64,000 nt of DNA from a virus. Taxonomy: Duplodnaviria > Caudoviricetes. Position 1 is the first letter of the stretch, and every line of letters begins with the position of its first letter. The translations under genes and the position numbers were made by a program. The DNA lies in IMG/VR virus record IMGVR_UViG_3300005336_000003, positions 237 through 64,236 of that record. The stretch is one strand, 5' to 3'. The notes beneath the pieces were generated by a model that had not been told where the DNA came from, did not search any database, and saw nothing but the letters and a program-made list of their open reading frames with translations. Positions 42,790 to 51,335 of the stretch are shown in pieces.

Positions 42790-42821
42790 GATCGAGGGCA
42801 TATCCAGTAAGGAGTAGTAAC

Positions 42822-43082
42822 ATGAGCACCGAAAACGGAGATAAGGTCGTAGTCTGGGAACCCGGAAAGCCAGTCACGGTAAAGGGCATTCGGGGCCCCA
42901 CCGTAGACAAGGAGTATGCCAGGATTGATGGGCAGGGACCTTATCACCTAGCCTTCGTCATTAAGGACACCCTCCGCAATACCCAACTGATAGACCTATT
43001 CAACGAGCAGTACAAGAGCTTGGAGAGGGCAAGGTCGACCCTCCTGGGTATGGCCATGATCGCTTTCCGTGAGGAGGGCTGA
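42822..43082 (+). CDS. Hypothetical early protein
   Basis: TAAGGAG RBS. Confidence 0.65.
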   Translation: MSTENGDKVVVWEPGKPVTVKGIRGPTVDKEYARIDGQGPYHLAFVIKDTLRNTQLIDLFNEQYKSLERARSTLLGMAMIAFREEG

Positions 43083-43084
43083 CA

Positions 43085-43546
43085 GTGGAGACGGTATTCA
43101 TCCCGTACTTGCACCGGGAAGGTGGAGTCCATGCCTCTCTGAGGATTCCTGACCCGACGAAGCAGATTCACACCCACATTGATCTCCTTGGCGTCCAGAG
43201 GCACTATTACGTGCCCGACCTCATTGCAATGACCCTGGCTGAGCCGATGAGATACGAGCTCGTCAGGTATCAGGTGGATGCCAAACAGGCAGGCCATATC
43301 GTTGCCTACCACGGTATCGAGCTAAGCCATCTGACAGCCATCTCCTCATTGAGACTGGATGTTCCAGGCATCATAGTCTCATTCCCTGACGGTACTGAGA
43401 TCATCGTCGACGGGAATCACCGATATGTCAAGAGGTTCAGCCTCGGCAAGACAGCTATGGCGTTCTGGAGGATCCCCGAGGAACAGGCCAAGCAGTCGAT
43501 GCTGAATCTCCCACAGGTAACGCTTCTGGGAAGGAGGAGACCATGA
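43085..43546 (+). CDS. ParB/Srx-fold-like protein
   Basis: P.II.......IIVDGNHRY motif; GAGGAGGG RBS with GTG start. Confidence 0.6.
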   Translation: METVFIPYLHREGGVHASLRIPDPTKQIHTHIDLLGVQRHYYVPDLIAMTLAEPMRYELVRYQVDAKQAGHIVAYHGIELSHLTAISSLRLDVPGIIVSFPDGTEIIVDGNHRYVKRFSLGKTAMAFWRIPEEQAKQSMLNLPQVTLLGRRRP

Positions 43547-43824
43547 TATACAACCTCATCAAGAAAGACGGATGCTATCACCTCGTGGGCACCTCAGCCA
43601 AAGGTGAGAAGGTCGACGAGCTTCTGATCGTCCGATACAATGAGGGCGATGTCGATACGATCAGCAAGGACGGAGAGAATATGTATCACGCCCTCTACGA
43701 TCTGTACCAGACATCCGATGCTCTGAAGGATGGAGACGTGTTCACCCTTGATGGCGTGGCCATCTACAAGTGTGAGGGCGTCCATGTGATCGAACTAACC
43801 CAAACCAAGGAGGCTACCCAATGA
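43543..43824 (+). CDS. Hypothetical protein
   Basis: AGGAGG RBS; ATGA overlap. Confidence 0.6.
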   Translation: MIYNLIKKDGCYHLVGTSAKGEKVDELLIVRYNEGDVDTISKDGENMYHALYDLYQTSDALKDGDVFTLDGVAIYKCEGVHVIELTQTKEATQ

Positions 43825-44057
43825 GTACCATACTTGACATCCAACACGAGCCGAAGCAGGACGAGAAACCGACAGTCAGTGAGACCCGTACCCGCTACTT
43901 TATCGAGTTGTTCCCTGGTCCTCTAAATGACCAGAGCAGCGACCTGCTAGACCTGAGAACCTTATTGGTCTCCTTGGTGAACCTGAGCACAGGCAGAAAC
44001 TCAGCCAGGAGCATCGATGTTGAGGAGGTTCACTACCACCCCCAAAGGCGAGGTTAA
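43821..44057 (+). CDS. Hypothetical protein
   Basis: AAGGAGG RBS; ATGA overlap. Confidence 0.55.
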   Translation: MSTILDIQHEPKQDEKPTVSETRTRYFIELFPGPLNDQSSDLLDLRTLLVSLVNLSTGRNSARSIDVEEVHYHPQRRG

Positions 44058-44092
44058 CAAGGGTTAACAAGCCATAACAAGGAGTTGAATAG

Positions 44093-44302
44093 GTGAAACA
44101 CGAAATAACCCTCGAGCTGGTAACGGTTACAAAAGGAGCAGTGCGGTATGCCGAGCTGGATAGCAATGGCAAGATTGCACAAATGACCGAGCCCAGTACT
44201 GTCATTGGTACTGTTTACCTCAGGAAGCCTGCCCTAGCGAGAGCTACGAATCCTGGAGGGGCCTATCCCCAGAAGCTCAAGCTCACTGTCGAGACCTTCT
44301 GA
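44093..44302 (+). CDS. Small hypothetical protein
   Basis: TKGAVRYAE...IGT.YLRK.AL pattern; AAGGAG RBS. Confidence 0.6.
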   Translation: MKHEITLELVTVTKGAVRYAELDSNGKIAQMTEPSTVIGTVYLRKPALARATNPGGAYPQKLKLTVETF

Positions 44303-44568
44303 TGGCAGGAAGGATCTCGGCAAGGGAGCTGCCTCATCTTGCTCCGCACCTGCAGAAGGCCATTGCTGATGCGCTGGCAAAGCAGGGAGCCCCAATCCCA
44401 CCAGCTATCGATCCCAACAGGCCTCCTCCGGCGAAGCAGCCCCATATCAAGGGGAGCATCTTCGTGATGGTCTGCATCAGCCTTGGGATCCTGATCATCA
44501 TGATGGCATTCGGACTAGGCCATAGTGGTGGGCATAGTCTCAGCCACAATGGATTAATCCGCTACTGA
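44302..44568 (+). CDS. Hypothetical membrane protein
   Basis: One TM helix; TGATG coupling. Confidence 0.5.
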   Translation: MAGRISARELPHLAPHLQKAIADALAKQGAPIPPAIDPNRPPPAKQPHIKGSIFVMVCISLGILIIMMAFGLGHSGGHSLSHNGLIRY

Positions 44569-44584
44569 TCAACAGGAGTACAGC

Positions 44585-44794
44585 ATGCCTCAGTACCGTG
44601 TCGATTTTCCCGAAGGCCCTACTACATATAAGGACGAAGAAGACCTGGTTGAGCATTTTGGTACCATAGCCACATACAAACAGGTGCCTGGTGGAATCAT
44701 GATATACCACCCGATCAATCCGGGCAAGCCTATGATGGCTACCGAAGTGCCTAGCGTAGGCCAGGAAATTCACGAAGGGCCAACAACCGAATAG
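44585..44794 (+). CDS. Hypothetical protein
   Basis: AGGAG RBS. Confidence 0.55.
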   Translation: MPQYRVDFPEGPTTYKDEEDLVEHFGTIATYKQVPGGIMIYHPINPGKPMMATEVPSVGQEIHEGPTTE

Positions 44795-44808
44795 GACCAC
44801 CAGAAAAA

Positions 44809-44863
44809 TGATGGTCGACCGCAATTTGGACACTTGATGTCCCTTTGGGCGATATTGTATAAT
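44809..44863 (+). promoter_or_regulatory. Boxed promoter 4
   Basis: TGATGGTCGACCGCAA, 9 nt, TTGATG, 18 nt, TATAAT. Confidence 0.85.
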
Positions 44864-44907
44864 TGAAAGAAATAACCCAAATACACCACGGAGCGGGACC
44901 AAAGTGA

Positions 44908-45186
44908 ATGAGCAGTACGACAGACAAGCACAGCAAGTCCCTGCAGTTCTTAGTTACAGTAGAGGGTGTACCTGACGACATGACGCGATCTGAGGTGAAG
45001 AGATTCCTTGAAGGAGCAGCGACAGGAGCTCTCCTGCCATTTGTTCGCAACATCCGTGTCGTGAGGTACAATCTCCCGATTCAGATCAGGCGTGCCCGCG
45101 ATTTGGAGCGCGCAGCAAGGGATGTAATAGCTAAGGCGTTAGATCCTGCAAAAGCCCGTGAAGCCTACAAGCAAGGTGGGAAGTGA
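44908..45186 (+). CDS. Hypothetical protein
   Basis: First ORF after the promoter. Confidence 0.55.
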   Translation: MSSTTDKHSKSLQFLVTVEGVPDDMTRSEVKRFLEGAATGALLPFVRNIRVVRYNLPIQIRRARDLERAARDVIAKALDPAKAREAYKQGGK

Positions 45187-45569
45187 TGAATACCAGGGCT
45201 CTGAAGAAGATCGCGTCGGGGCAGGATCCCAACTTCCACTACGTGAACGACCTTGCAACTCACTTTGGGCTGGACACTCACAGGGACTTCGAAGGCCTAG
45301 TGAGTAGGGATGTAGTCATCAAGGCCTGTATGAATGCAGACGAGGATGACTATGTCTGGGATCTGGTATGTGCTGAAGGCACGCCGGAGCTTGTGGCGGC
45401 AGTTCGTGATATCACCCTGAACATCATGCACGAGCAGATGGAGCAAGTGGATACAGTCCCTCCTTGGGCCGAGGTATTCCAGATTGCTTTCACCGTGCAT
45501 GCAATGCTTACGTGTAATGCCTGGTTAAAGGTCGAGACATTCGATCCACCATCAACGGAAGAGCCGTAG
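45183..45569 (+). CDS. Hypothetical protein
   Basis: Overlap-coupled ORF. Confidence 0.55.
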   Translation: MMNTRALKKIASGQDPNFHYVNDLATHFGLDTHRDFEGLVSRDVVIKACMNADEDDYVWDLVCAEGTPELVAAVRDITLNIMHEQMEQVDTVPPWAEVFQIAFTVHAMLTCNAWLKVETFDPPSTEEP

Positions 45570-45571
45570 AC

Positions 45572-45916
45572 ATGAAGACCATAGCAGTAGAGATCAGGGA
45601 TCGGCATACTTTCATCCCGGCGCTCGTCATAGTACTGGGGCCTACTATAGGGCCAACTTTCAGAACAGACCCTGGCGAGGAATACCTCCTAAGGAGGGCT
45701 GGCTGGCATAACTTCACCAATCCAGGAATCATCCTCACCAGGCTAGATGCAGGCAAGGGTGTTATAGATCCATTCTCAAGCGGCAGGACAATAGATGCGG
45801 CGTACAGCTACTGCAGCGAGCATTGGGCAGATCTCGAGAACGGCGACGTCATTGACATTGAGTTCATCCTGGGGGAGAGCAGTGTCAAGAAGGTCTCCGA
45901 GAGGGAAGAATCCTAA
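45572..45916 (+). CDS. Conserved phage hypothetical protein
   Basis: EIRDR.TFIPAL..YLLRRAG..DP...RT...A..Y..EHW..L..GDVID.EFILGE pattern. Confidence 0.65.
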   Translation: MKTIAVEIRDRHTFIPALVIVLGPTIGPTFRTDPGEEYLLRRAGWHNFTNPGIILTRLDAGKGVIDPFSSGRTIDAAYSYCSEHWADLENGDVIDIEFILGESSVKKVSEREES

Positions 45917-46161
45917 TGCCCTTCTTCGGATTCCGCTGGGCGAGACTGCATCCCAAATCTAGTCCTGATGGGCCAAGATGGCAGCTGAGTGAGGCTGATG
46001 CCTTCGACATGCTCTGTGCTCAGGCTCTGATGCAGGAGAAATTCCCCCAAGAGGTAATCACCAGGGGAATAGCTACCGGATGGTACAACCGCATCCGGAT
46101 ACTAGGAGAGACGCACGGTTGGGACGTTACAATCACCATCAAGGACAAGAAGGGGTCATAG
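45916..46161 (+). CDS. Hypothetical protein
   Basis: TAATG coupling. Confidence 0.5.
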   Translation: MPFFGFRWARLHPKSSPDGPRWQLSEADAFDMLCAQALMQEKFPQEVITRGIATGWYNRIRILGETHGWDVTITIKDKKGS

Positions 46162-46163
46162 AC

Positions 46164-46526
46164 ATGAGCTATACCGCACGGAGAAACGTTGTTGCTCTGC
46201 CTATCAAGAGGGACAACACTGCCGATATGGGCAAAGCCCAGAAGAGGAGCGGCAGCGCGGCAGTCGATCGGGTGTTCTTCCTGAAGGAGGATATCAGCCT
46301 GGGCACTGAACTGCAGTTCTGGGGAAGGTCCGATGCGGGGGTGATCTACAAGGTCACCCGAATCCGTTCTTGGTATTCCGGGAAGAAGTTCGGCAACTGG
46401 GTGCTGAAGAACGTCAACACCGTCAGGCATACCACGGACGAGATCGAGATGGTGAGCTCTGATGGTGGAACGAAGCAGGGCACCTTCTCCTACATCTCGT
46501 ACTCTGGGATCTGGTGGTTGGCATGA
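46164..46526 (+). CDS. Hypothetical protein
   Basis: AAGGGG RBS; ATG at 46164. Confidence 0.55.
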   Translation: MSYTARRNVVALPIKRDNTADMGKAQKRSGSAAVDRVFFLKEDISLGTELQFWGRSDAGVIYKVTRIRSWYSGKKFGNWVLKNVNTVRHTTDEIEMVSSDGGTKQGTFSYISYSGIWWLA

Positions 46527-46945
46527 GTGCCCGAATCAGTATCGGTGGCATAACCCTCACGATTCCTGAGGGAGCCACCATCGGACTTGAGCTGTCCAAC
46601 GGCAGCGAGGGCCCCACGGTAAATCTCTCTGGCAGACCTCCGAAGCAGAAGGCACTGACGGGGCCTGTACGAGTTCCCCTCCTTGCTCTGGAGGCTCCTG
46701 CAATGACTATCAAGGAGAACACTCCATCCAGTGAGGTGCGTACGAGGATCCTCAAGGAACTCGGCGAGATCTCCGAGCCCATAACAACCGTGGCGCTCGT
46801 ACGGAAGATCCTGGGTGGAGGATCACCTGCCAAGCATCGTGCCGGACTTGCACGGCTCTTGCATCAGATGCAGGAGGAGGGTGAGATCCGCAGAGCCCGG
46901 AGGTCATCGACACAGAAACACCACAGGTGGAGCCTCAAGACCTAG
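46523..46945 (+). CDS. Hypothetical protein with C-terminal winged-helix-like domain
   Basis: IL..L......TT..L.......L.RLL..M..EG.I pattern. Confidence 0.5.
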   Translation: MSARISIGGITLTIPEGATIGLELSNGSEGPTVNLSGRPPKQKALTGPVRVPLLALEAPAMTIKENTPSSEVRTRILKELGEISEPITTVALVRKILGGGSPAKHRAGLARLLHQMQEEGEIRRARRSSTQKHHRWSLKT

Positions 46946-46980
46946 AGCCTACAAACCAGAAACGGGGAGGGTACAATAAC

Positions 46981-47475
46981 ATGCCAAGTATCTGGCAACC
47001 TTGGGCTCAGGAGATAGGGCTCAGACACCAGGGGGTTCTCATCGCTGGAGTAGGCCGAGGCTGCGATATAGCCATCAGGCACGATCCTAGCAAGGTATCC
47101 CAGAGACTGCTGAGAGGTGCGGTACTCGTACCCCACTGTGGGAGGTTTGCCAACCCCAAAACCTATATCTGGCAAGAGCGTGATGCCGGGAAATGGTGGG
47201 CGGGGCTCGTACCCTTCATGAATTCCTGGGATCACTACCCGAATCACTATGTGGTCCACTTCGTCCATGCAGCAGAGGTGATCGGGTACTGTGGGCCTGA
47301 TGAGTTCCCAGTTTTCTCCTCAAGGTGGAAGGAGTTCTACGAGAGGGCATGCAAGACTCTCCACGTGAACCCTGAGATGGCTGATCAGCTAAATGCCCGA
47401 CTCGACGCCGACGAGGAGGAGTTCTACAAGAACCAGGACGTAGTACGAGGCTTAGACAAACTTACACAGGAGTAG
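46981..47475 (+). CDS. Conserved phage hypothetical protein (His-rich, possibly metal-binding)
   Basis: LRHQGVL...RGCD, DHYP.HY..H..HAAEVIGY and LH.NPE motifs. Confidence 0.65.
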   Translation: MPSIWQPWAQEIGLRHQGVLIAGVGRGCDIAIRHDPSKVSQRLLRGAVLVPHCGRFANPKTYIWQERDAGKWWAGLVPFMNSWDHYPNHYVVHFVHAAEVIGYCGPDEFPVFSSRWKEFYERACKTLHVNPEMADQLNARLDADEEEFYKNQDVVRGLDKLTQE

Positions 47476-47481
47476 CACAAA

Positions 47482-47745
47482 GTGGCTGAGTTCAACGAGA
47501 AGGCTGTGTGGTCCAGAGCTGGTTCCCGAGGGGTCTCTATGAGACACGGGCCCGTTCGCGAGCGGGGAGGGTACCGTGCGAGTACCTACGACGCGACGAT
47601 GAGCCTCCGACTGGAAGCGCAGAGACGGAGAGCTAAGAAGAGGGCCGTGATCGCCTTGGCTATCAAGGCAAGCTTCGTGGTCCTGATGCTCCTACTGACA
47701 GGGGTTACCTATTACCTCGCAACCCACAATCTGCAGGTGCATTGA
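47482..47745 (+). CDS. Hypothetical membrane protein
   Basis: Basic N-terminus and C-terminal TM helix; AGGAG RBS. Confidence 0.55.
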   Translation: MAEFNEKAVWSRAGSRGVSMRHGPVRERGGYRASTYDATMSLRLEAQRRRAKKRAVIALAIKASFVVLMLLLTGVTYYLATHNLQVH

Positions 47746-48551
47746 TGGTCGAGAACCCTGATGCCGCCAGAGTCGTCCACTCCCATACTTATCGGCTGGC
47801 TGAGTCCCTTGTCGAGGTCACGGAGACTCTGGATAAATGGACTACCGCAGACTTGATAGCGGCAATGGAGAAGAGGGGGATGAAGATTGTCGACGCCCCA
47901 CCGGACAAGGATGCTCGAATCAGACGGATCTCCGTTGAATTTCCCTTCCTCGTAGAGCTGCCTCCTGATATGGAGCAGACTCTACTTGCGGTGGTAGAGG
48001 GCATCTGTGCTTCCTACGAGATTGACCACCCTACAGAGATGCTGGGGGTACTATATTCCGGCAGATCGGAGGGAGCGCTGGGGGACCGACGTACCTATGA
48101 AGTGCGTCTGGAGCGGTGGCCCAACCACAAGATGGTATCAGCTCCTACACTCGAGAAGGTGGTGGCCTCCTTCCGAGCCCTGCTTAGCCCGATGGAAGTA
48201 ATAAGCCCCGAGCTACTCGAGAGTCTCTTGCAGGAGCTCCATAAGGCCTACGCTATCGGGCACAGAGATGGCACAGGATCCAAAGCAGCCAGCGATCTCT
48301 GCAACCTACTGCGTTACGAGTTACAGGTAGGCAAGGAGAACCCCAATCGGAGGCAGTACGGCCTACTGATTACCCTGATGCACCTCGTCAGAAAGACCGA
48401 GGACAACCGGATCGTCATTGCGGCAGGAGATCTGAAAGGCCTCATGACGGCCCAGGGCAGTATTGAGGTTGTGAAGGGGATGAACGACGAGACAATCATC
48501 TCCTACACCAACTATGGGAGCAACGTGCCCTCGGAGAAGTCAGGTGGCTGA
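47745..48551 (+). CDS. Hypothetical protein
   Basis: 268-aa ORF; TGATG coupling. Confidence 0.55.
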   Translation: MVENPDAARVVHSHTYRLAESLVEVTETLDKWTTADLIAAMEKRGMKIVDAPPDKDARIRRISVEFPFLVELPPDMEQTLLAVVEGICASYEIDHPTEMLGVLYSGRSEGALGDRRTYEVRLERWPNHKMVSAPTLEKVVASFRALLSPMEVISPELLESLLQELHKAYAIGHRDGTGSKAASDLCNLLRYELQVGKENPNRRQYGLLITLMHLVRKTEDNRIVIAAGDLKGLMTAQGSIEVVKGMNDETIISYTNYGSNVPSEKSGG

Positions 48552-48921
48552 GGATCCGACCGGCCCGCTTGAGTTCGAGAGGCTCTCCGAGGAGGCTCTG
48601 GAGGCTCTGGGAGTGCGAGCTACTGGAGAGCCTAAGAGCTTCGAGCAGCTCCTAAACGCGTATGACCCTCAGGCTGTGGCAAAGGAGTTCTCGGAGGCTC
48701 TGAAGGGGTGGACTCTCGATCAGCTTGTTGACGAGTCTGCAAGAGTGAAGGCAACACTGGATAAGGCTCAGGAGGTACTTGACGCTGCAACCCACACTAT
48801 AGCTGAGTTTGGGAGAGCGGCAGAACTCCTCCAGGAGGCGATAGACCTCAGGATCGAGCAAGCCATCCGAGATAAGGCTAAGACGCTCAGAGAGGGAGAA
48901 GCGGTAGATGAACGACAATAA
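48544..48921 (+). CDS. Hypothetical coiled-coil protein
   Basis: Acidic and helical; GTG start after GGAG. Confidence 0.5.
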   Translation: MAEDPTGPLEFERLSEEALEALGVRATGEPKSFEQLLNAYDPQAVAKEFSEALKGWTLDQLVDESARVKATLDKAQEVLDAATHTIAEFGRAAELLQEAIDLRIEQAIRDKAKTLREGEAVDERQ

Positions 48922-49318
48922 GCGCGACGAGGATACCAGGCTGTTGAGCGTAAGGCTGCCAGAACAGCTGATGAACAACCTGGATGCCGTGCTTACTTCC
49001 CGAGGGATCACAGCAACTGACCTTGTCAGGATTGCTGTCAAAGCCGTCCTCAGGCAGACGAAGTACTACGACCTGCAGGATCCATTGCAGTTTGGCAGGT
49101 ACTACGGAGAGACTCTCGAGACCGTAGCGAGAGCCAATCCCTCGTACGTTGACTGGTGCTTACGGAATATAGAGGGGTTCTGTGTGAGCGAGGCAGCTTT
49201 AGATCTGCTGCGGTCCTTGAATTCCAGGCAGAGAGTTGCGACATCCTCCCTGGGGGATGATCTCGATCCGGGCCCCCCAGTAAGCCTGTGGGACGACAAC
49301 GACGACATACCATTCTAG
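48908..49318 (+). CDS. Ribbon-helix-helix domain fused to an ExoX C-terminal-like (FGxYxG) domain, with SSB-like DDIPF tail
   Basis: LLSVRLP..L...LD......TDLVR.AV, FGRYYGETL..V...NP.YVDW and terminal DDIPF. Confidence 0.65.
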   Translation: MNDNKRDEDTRLLSVRLPEQLMNNLDAVLTSRGITATDLVRIAVKAVLRQTKYYDLQDPLQFGRYYGETLETVARANPSYVDWCLRNIEGFCVSEAALDLLRSLNSRQRVATSSLGDDLDPGPPVSLWDDNDDIPF

Positions 49319-49328
49319 GAGGGCTACA

Positions 49329-49529
49329 ATGAACTACATTAACATCCTGTCGGCGCAAGCTGGCTACTACGAGGCTCTGGGGCTCCTACACAAATCTCAG
49401 GGGAGGCAGGCATCCATCGACGGCCATGTCGAGGTTTCAAGACGACAGGCTATGGCAGCTGATATGGCCCTGGGAGTAGCCGAGGCAATACGCAAGGAGA
49501 TCCCTAATGGGGAAACCGTACAGGGCTAA
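49329..49529 (+). CDS. Hypothetical protein
   Basis: AGGAGG RBS. Confidence 0.5.
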   Translation: MNYINILSAQAGYYEALGLLHKSQGRQASIDGHVEVSRRQAMAADMALGVAEAIRKEIPNGETVQG

Positions 49530-49872
49530 GCCCGCAAGCTACTACATCCGTGAGACCTCTCCAGGAGTTTGGCAACTTGCCAAATTCGAAGGGGCTGGAG
49601 GAGGAGATGATGGATCTCCTAGCCAGACCTACGAGGTCAAGGGAGACCCGTTGACACCCAAGAAGTGGAGCTGTAACTGCCCAGCAACCTGGGGAGGCAA
49701 AAACAGGCCAGTTCAGGAGTGCAAGCATGGCCCCTGGATTGCTCGCTGGATCCGAATTCAGGTACAGAACTTGGCAGGAGGACAGCCTGTCTACTACAAC
49801 TCCCTAGACGATCGGTTCTACCCGATGCCGGGGCTAGCAGAGAGCGCCCTGTCGATCAGTGAGGAGGGCTAG
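49507..49872 (+). CDS. SWIM zinc-finger protein
   Basis: Y.V...WSCNCP....CKH motif. Confidence 0.75.
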   Translation: MGKPYRAKPASYYIRETSPGVWQLAKFEGAGGGDDGSPSQTYEVKGDPLTPKKWSCNCPATWGGKNRPVQECKHGPWIARWIRIQVQNLAGGQPVYYNSLDDRFYPMPGLAESALSISEEG

Positions 49873-50190
49873 ATGCCCGTCAAGCAAATGTTTGAATGCG
49901 ACCGTTGTGGCTACGAACGGGAGGCATCCAAGAGCACCCGGAAGTTCTACACGATAACCATGCTTGTCTATGAAGGCAACTATGGGCACAGCAAAGAGGG
50001 GCACTGGACCAGAGGAGTACCCCAGAGAAAGACCTTCTGGTGCGACCAGTGCTTCGATACCTTGGGAGGTCAGAAGCTGGTTAGCAAGCCAGAGGATCCC
50101 GATCCAAGAGCGAGCAGCCAGACGATCGAGGATACCATCCGGGAGATAGTCCTCGAGACAGTCCGGGAAGAGCAGAACAGAAGGGGGTAG
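49873..50190 (+). CDS. Zn-ribbon hypothetical protein
   Basis: CDRC...CDQC; GAGGAGG RBS. Confidence 0.6.
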   Translation: MPVKQMFECDRCGYEREASKSTRKFYTITMLVYEGNYGHSKEGHWTRGVPQRKTFWCDQCFDTLGGQKLVSKPEDPDPRASSQTIEDTIREIVLETVREEQNRRG

Positions 50191-50194
50191 CATA

Positions 50195-50485
50195 ATGGTG
50201 AGTAAGGCAGTCTGGAAGTACCCGCTGGAGGCAGTAGATGAGATGCAGATTAGCATGCCTGCTAATGCTGTGGTCCTACACGTAGGTACCCAGATGAAAA
50301 GGCAGCCCTGCATGTGGGTTCTGGTGAGCCCGACATCCGAGAGAGTCACTCGGATATTCAGGATCTACGGTACGGGCCATACTATACCGGAAAATCCAGG
50401 ATCCTATATGGGCTCATTCCTGCTCGAGGAGGGCGTTCTGGTATTCCACGTCTTCGAGGCAGCAGCAGAACCTCCTGGCTCCTAG
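50195..50485 (+). CDS. Conserved phage hypothetical protein
   Basis: VWKYPL..MP..A.VL....Q....W.LV..R.F..YGTGH..Y.GS....LVFHVFE pattern. Confidence 0.7.
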   Translation: MVSKAVWKYPLEAVDEMQISMPANAVVLHVGTQMKRQPCMWVLVSPTSERVTRIFRIYGTGHTIPENPGSYMGSFLLEEGVLVFHVFEAAAEPPGS

Positions 50486-50512
50486 TGCGTATTCATTACA
50501 TGCCGAAAATAA

Positions 50513-50567
50513 TTATGGTCGCATAACATTTGGACTCTTGATATGCCTAATAGACATATGATATAAT
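50513..50567 (+). promoter_or_regulatory. Boxed promoter 5
   Basis: TTATGGTCGCATAACA, 9 nt, TTGATA, 18 nt, TATAAT. Confidence 0.8.
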
Positions 50568-50599
50568 TATGGTAACATTGAGCATTGGGAGGATGAGTA

Positions 50600-50926
50600 A
50601 TGGCTAAGCAGGCGATGCCGGATCTACGCAATGCGACAGTCCAGTACCTTGTGGACGAGACCAAGAGTATTCGGGACGAGTTCAATCGCCTGAAGGAGCT
50701 GGAAGCCTACTATTCTACCGCGTTAAAAGCCCGAATGGAGGGCACGAAGGCTGAGGGGGAAAAATACGTCGCAACTCTGACGACGGAGACACAGGAGAGG
50801 ATCTCTGCCGAGAAGTGCCGTGAGGTACTCGACGCCGACACCCTTGCGAAGGTTATGGCGACACTGACAATGAAGAAGTTGCTGTTCTCGCCGAAACCAG
50901 TACCTGTCGATCCAAAAGCGCCGTAA
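50600..50926 (+). CDS. Hypothetical protein (coiled coil plus beta hairpin)
   Basis: GGAGG RBS after the promoter. Confidence 0.6.
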   Translation: MAKQAMPDLRNATVQYLVDETKSIRDEFNRLKELEAYYSTALKARMEGTKAEGEKYVATLTTETQERISAEKCREVLDADTLAKVMATLTMKKLLFSPKPVPVDPKAP

Positions 50927-50950
50927 GCCTTGGACTAAGGAGAACGACTA

Positions 50951-51301
50951 ATGGGTACGACTTCAGTTACTGGCGCTCAGGGCAACGAGGAAGCCGAGAG
51001 CGACAGCGCTTTGGGCGAGAAGATCGTGTTCACGCTCACACTCTTCCCGCGCCTGACTCCCACGATGCTTCAAGTAGGCATCGGCCCGCACGTCCCTCCA
51101 CGCAGGTGGAGGCCTATTCTCGAGCGGCTGGTAACGGAGGGCAAGATCTCCCGAGAGGAACGAGGAGTAACCACCCCTATCGGACAGTATCGTACGGTAA
51201 CGATCCTGAGCTTGTCCGAGCCAGTTCCGCTGGAGGAGCTGATGGAGAGCTACAGGCAAGTGGATTCTGGAGCGGCTGCGCCAAACGTAGCAGCGGCTTA
51301 G
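50951..51301 (+). CDS. Winged-helix-like protein
   Basis: TAAGGAG RBS; I..TL..FP.L.P.ML.VG.G......W.P.LE.L..EG pattern. Confidence 0.55.
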   Translation: MGTTSVTGAQGNEEAESDSALGEKIVFTLTLFPRLTPTMLQVGIGPHVPPRRWRPILERLVTEGKISREERGVTTPIGQYRTVTILSLSEPVPLEELMESYRQVDSGAAAPNVAAA

Positions 51302-51335
51302 GCTAGCTCGGTCGACGTTCGAGAGAAGCGGAACC

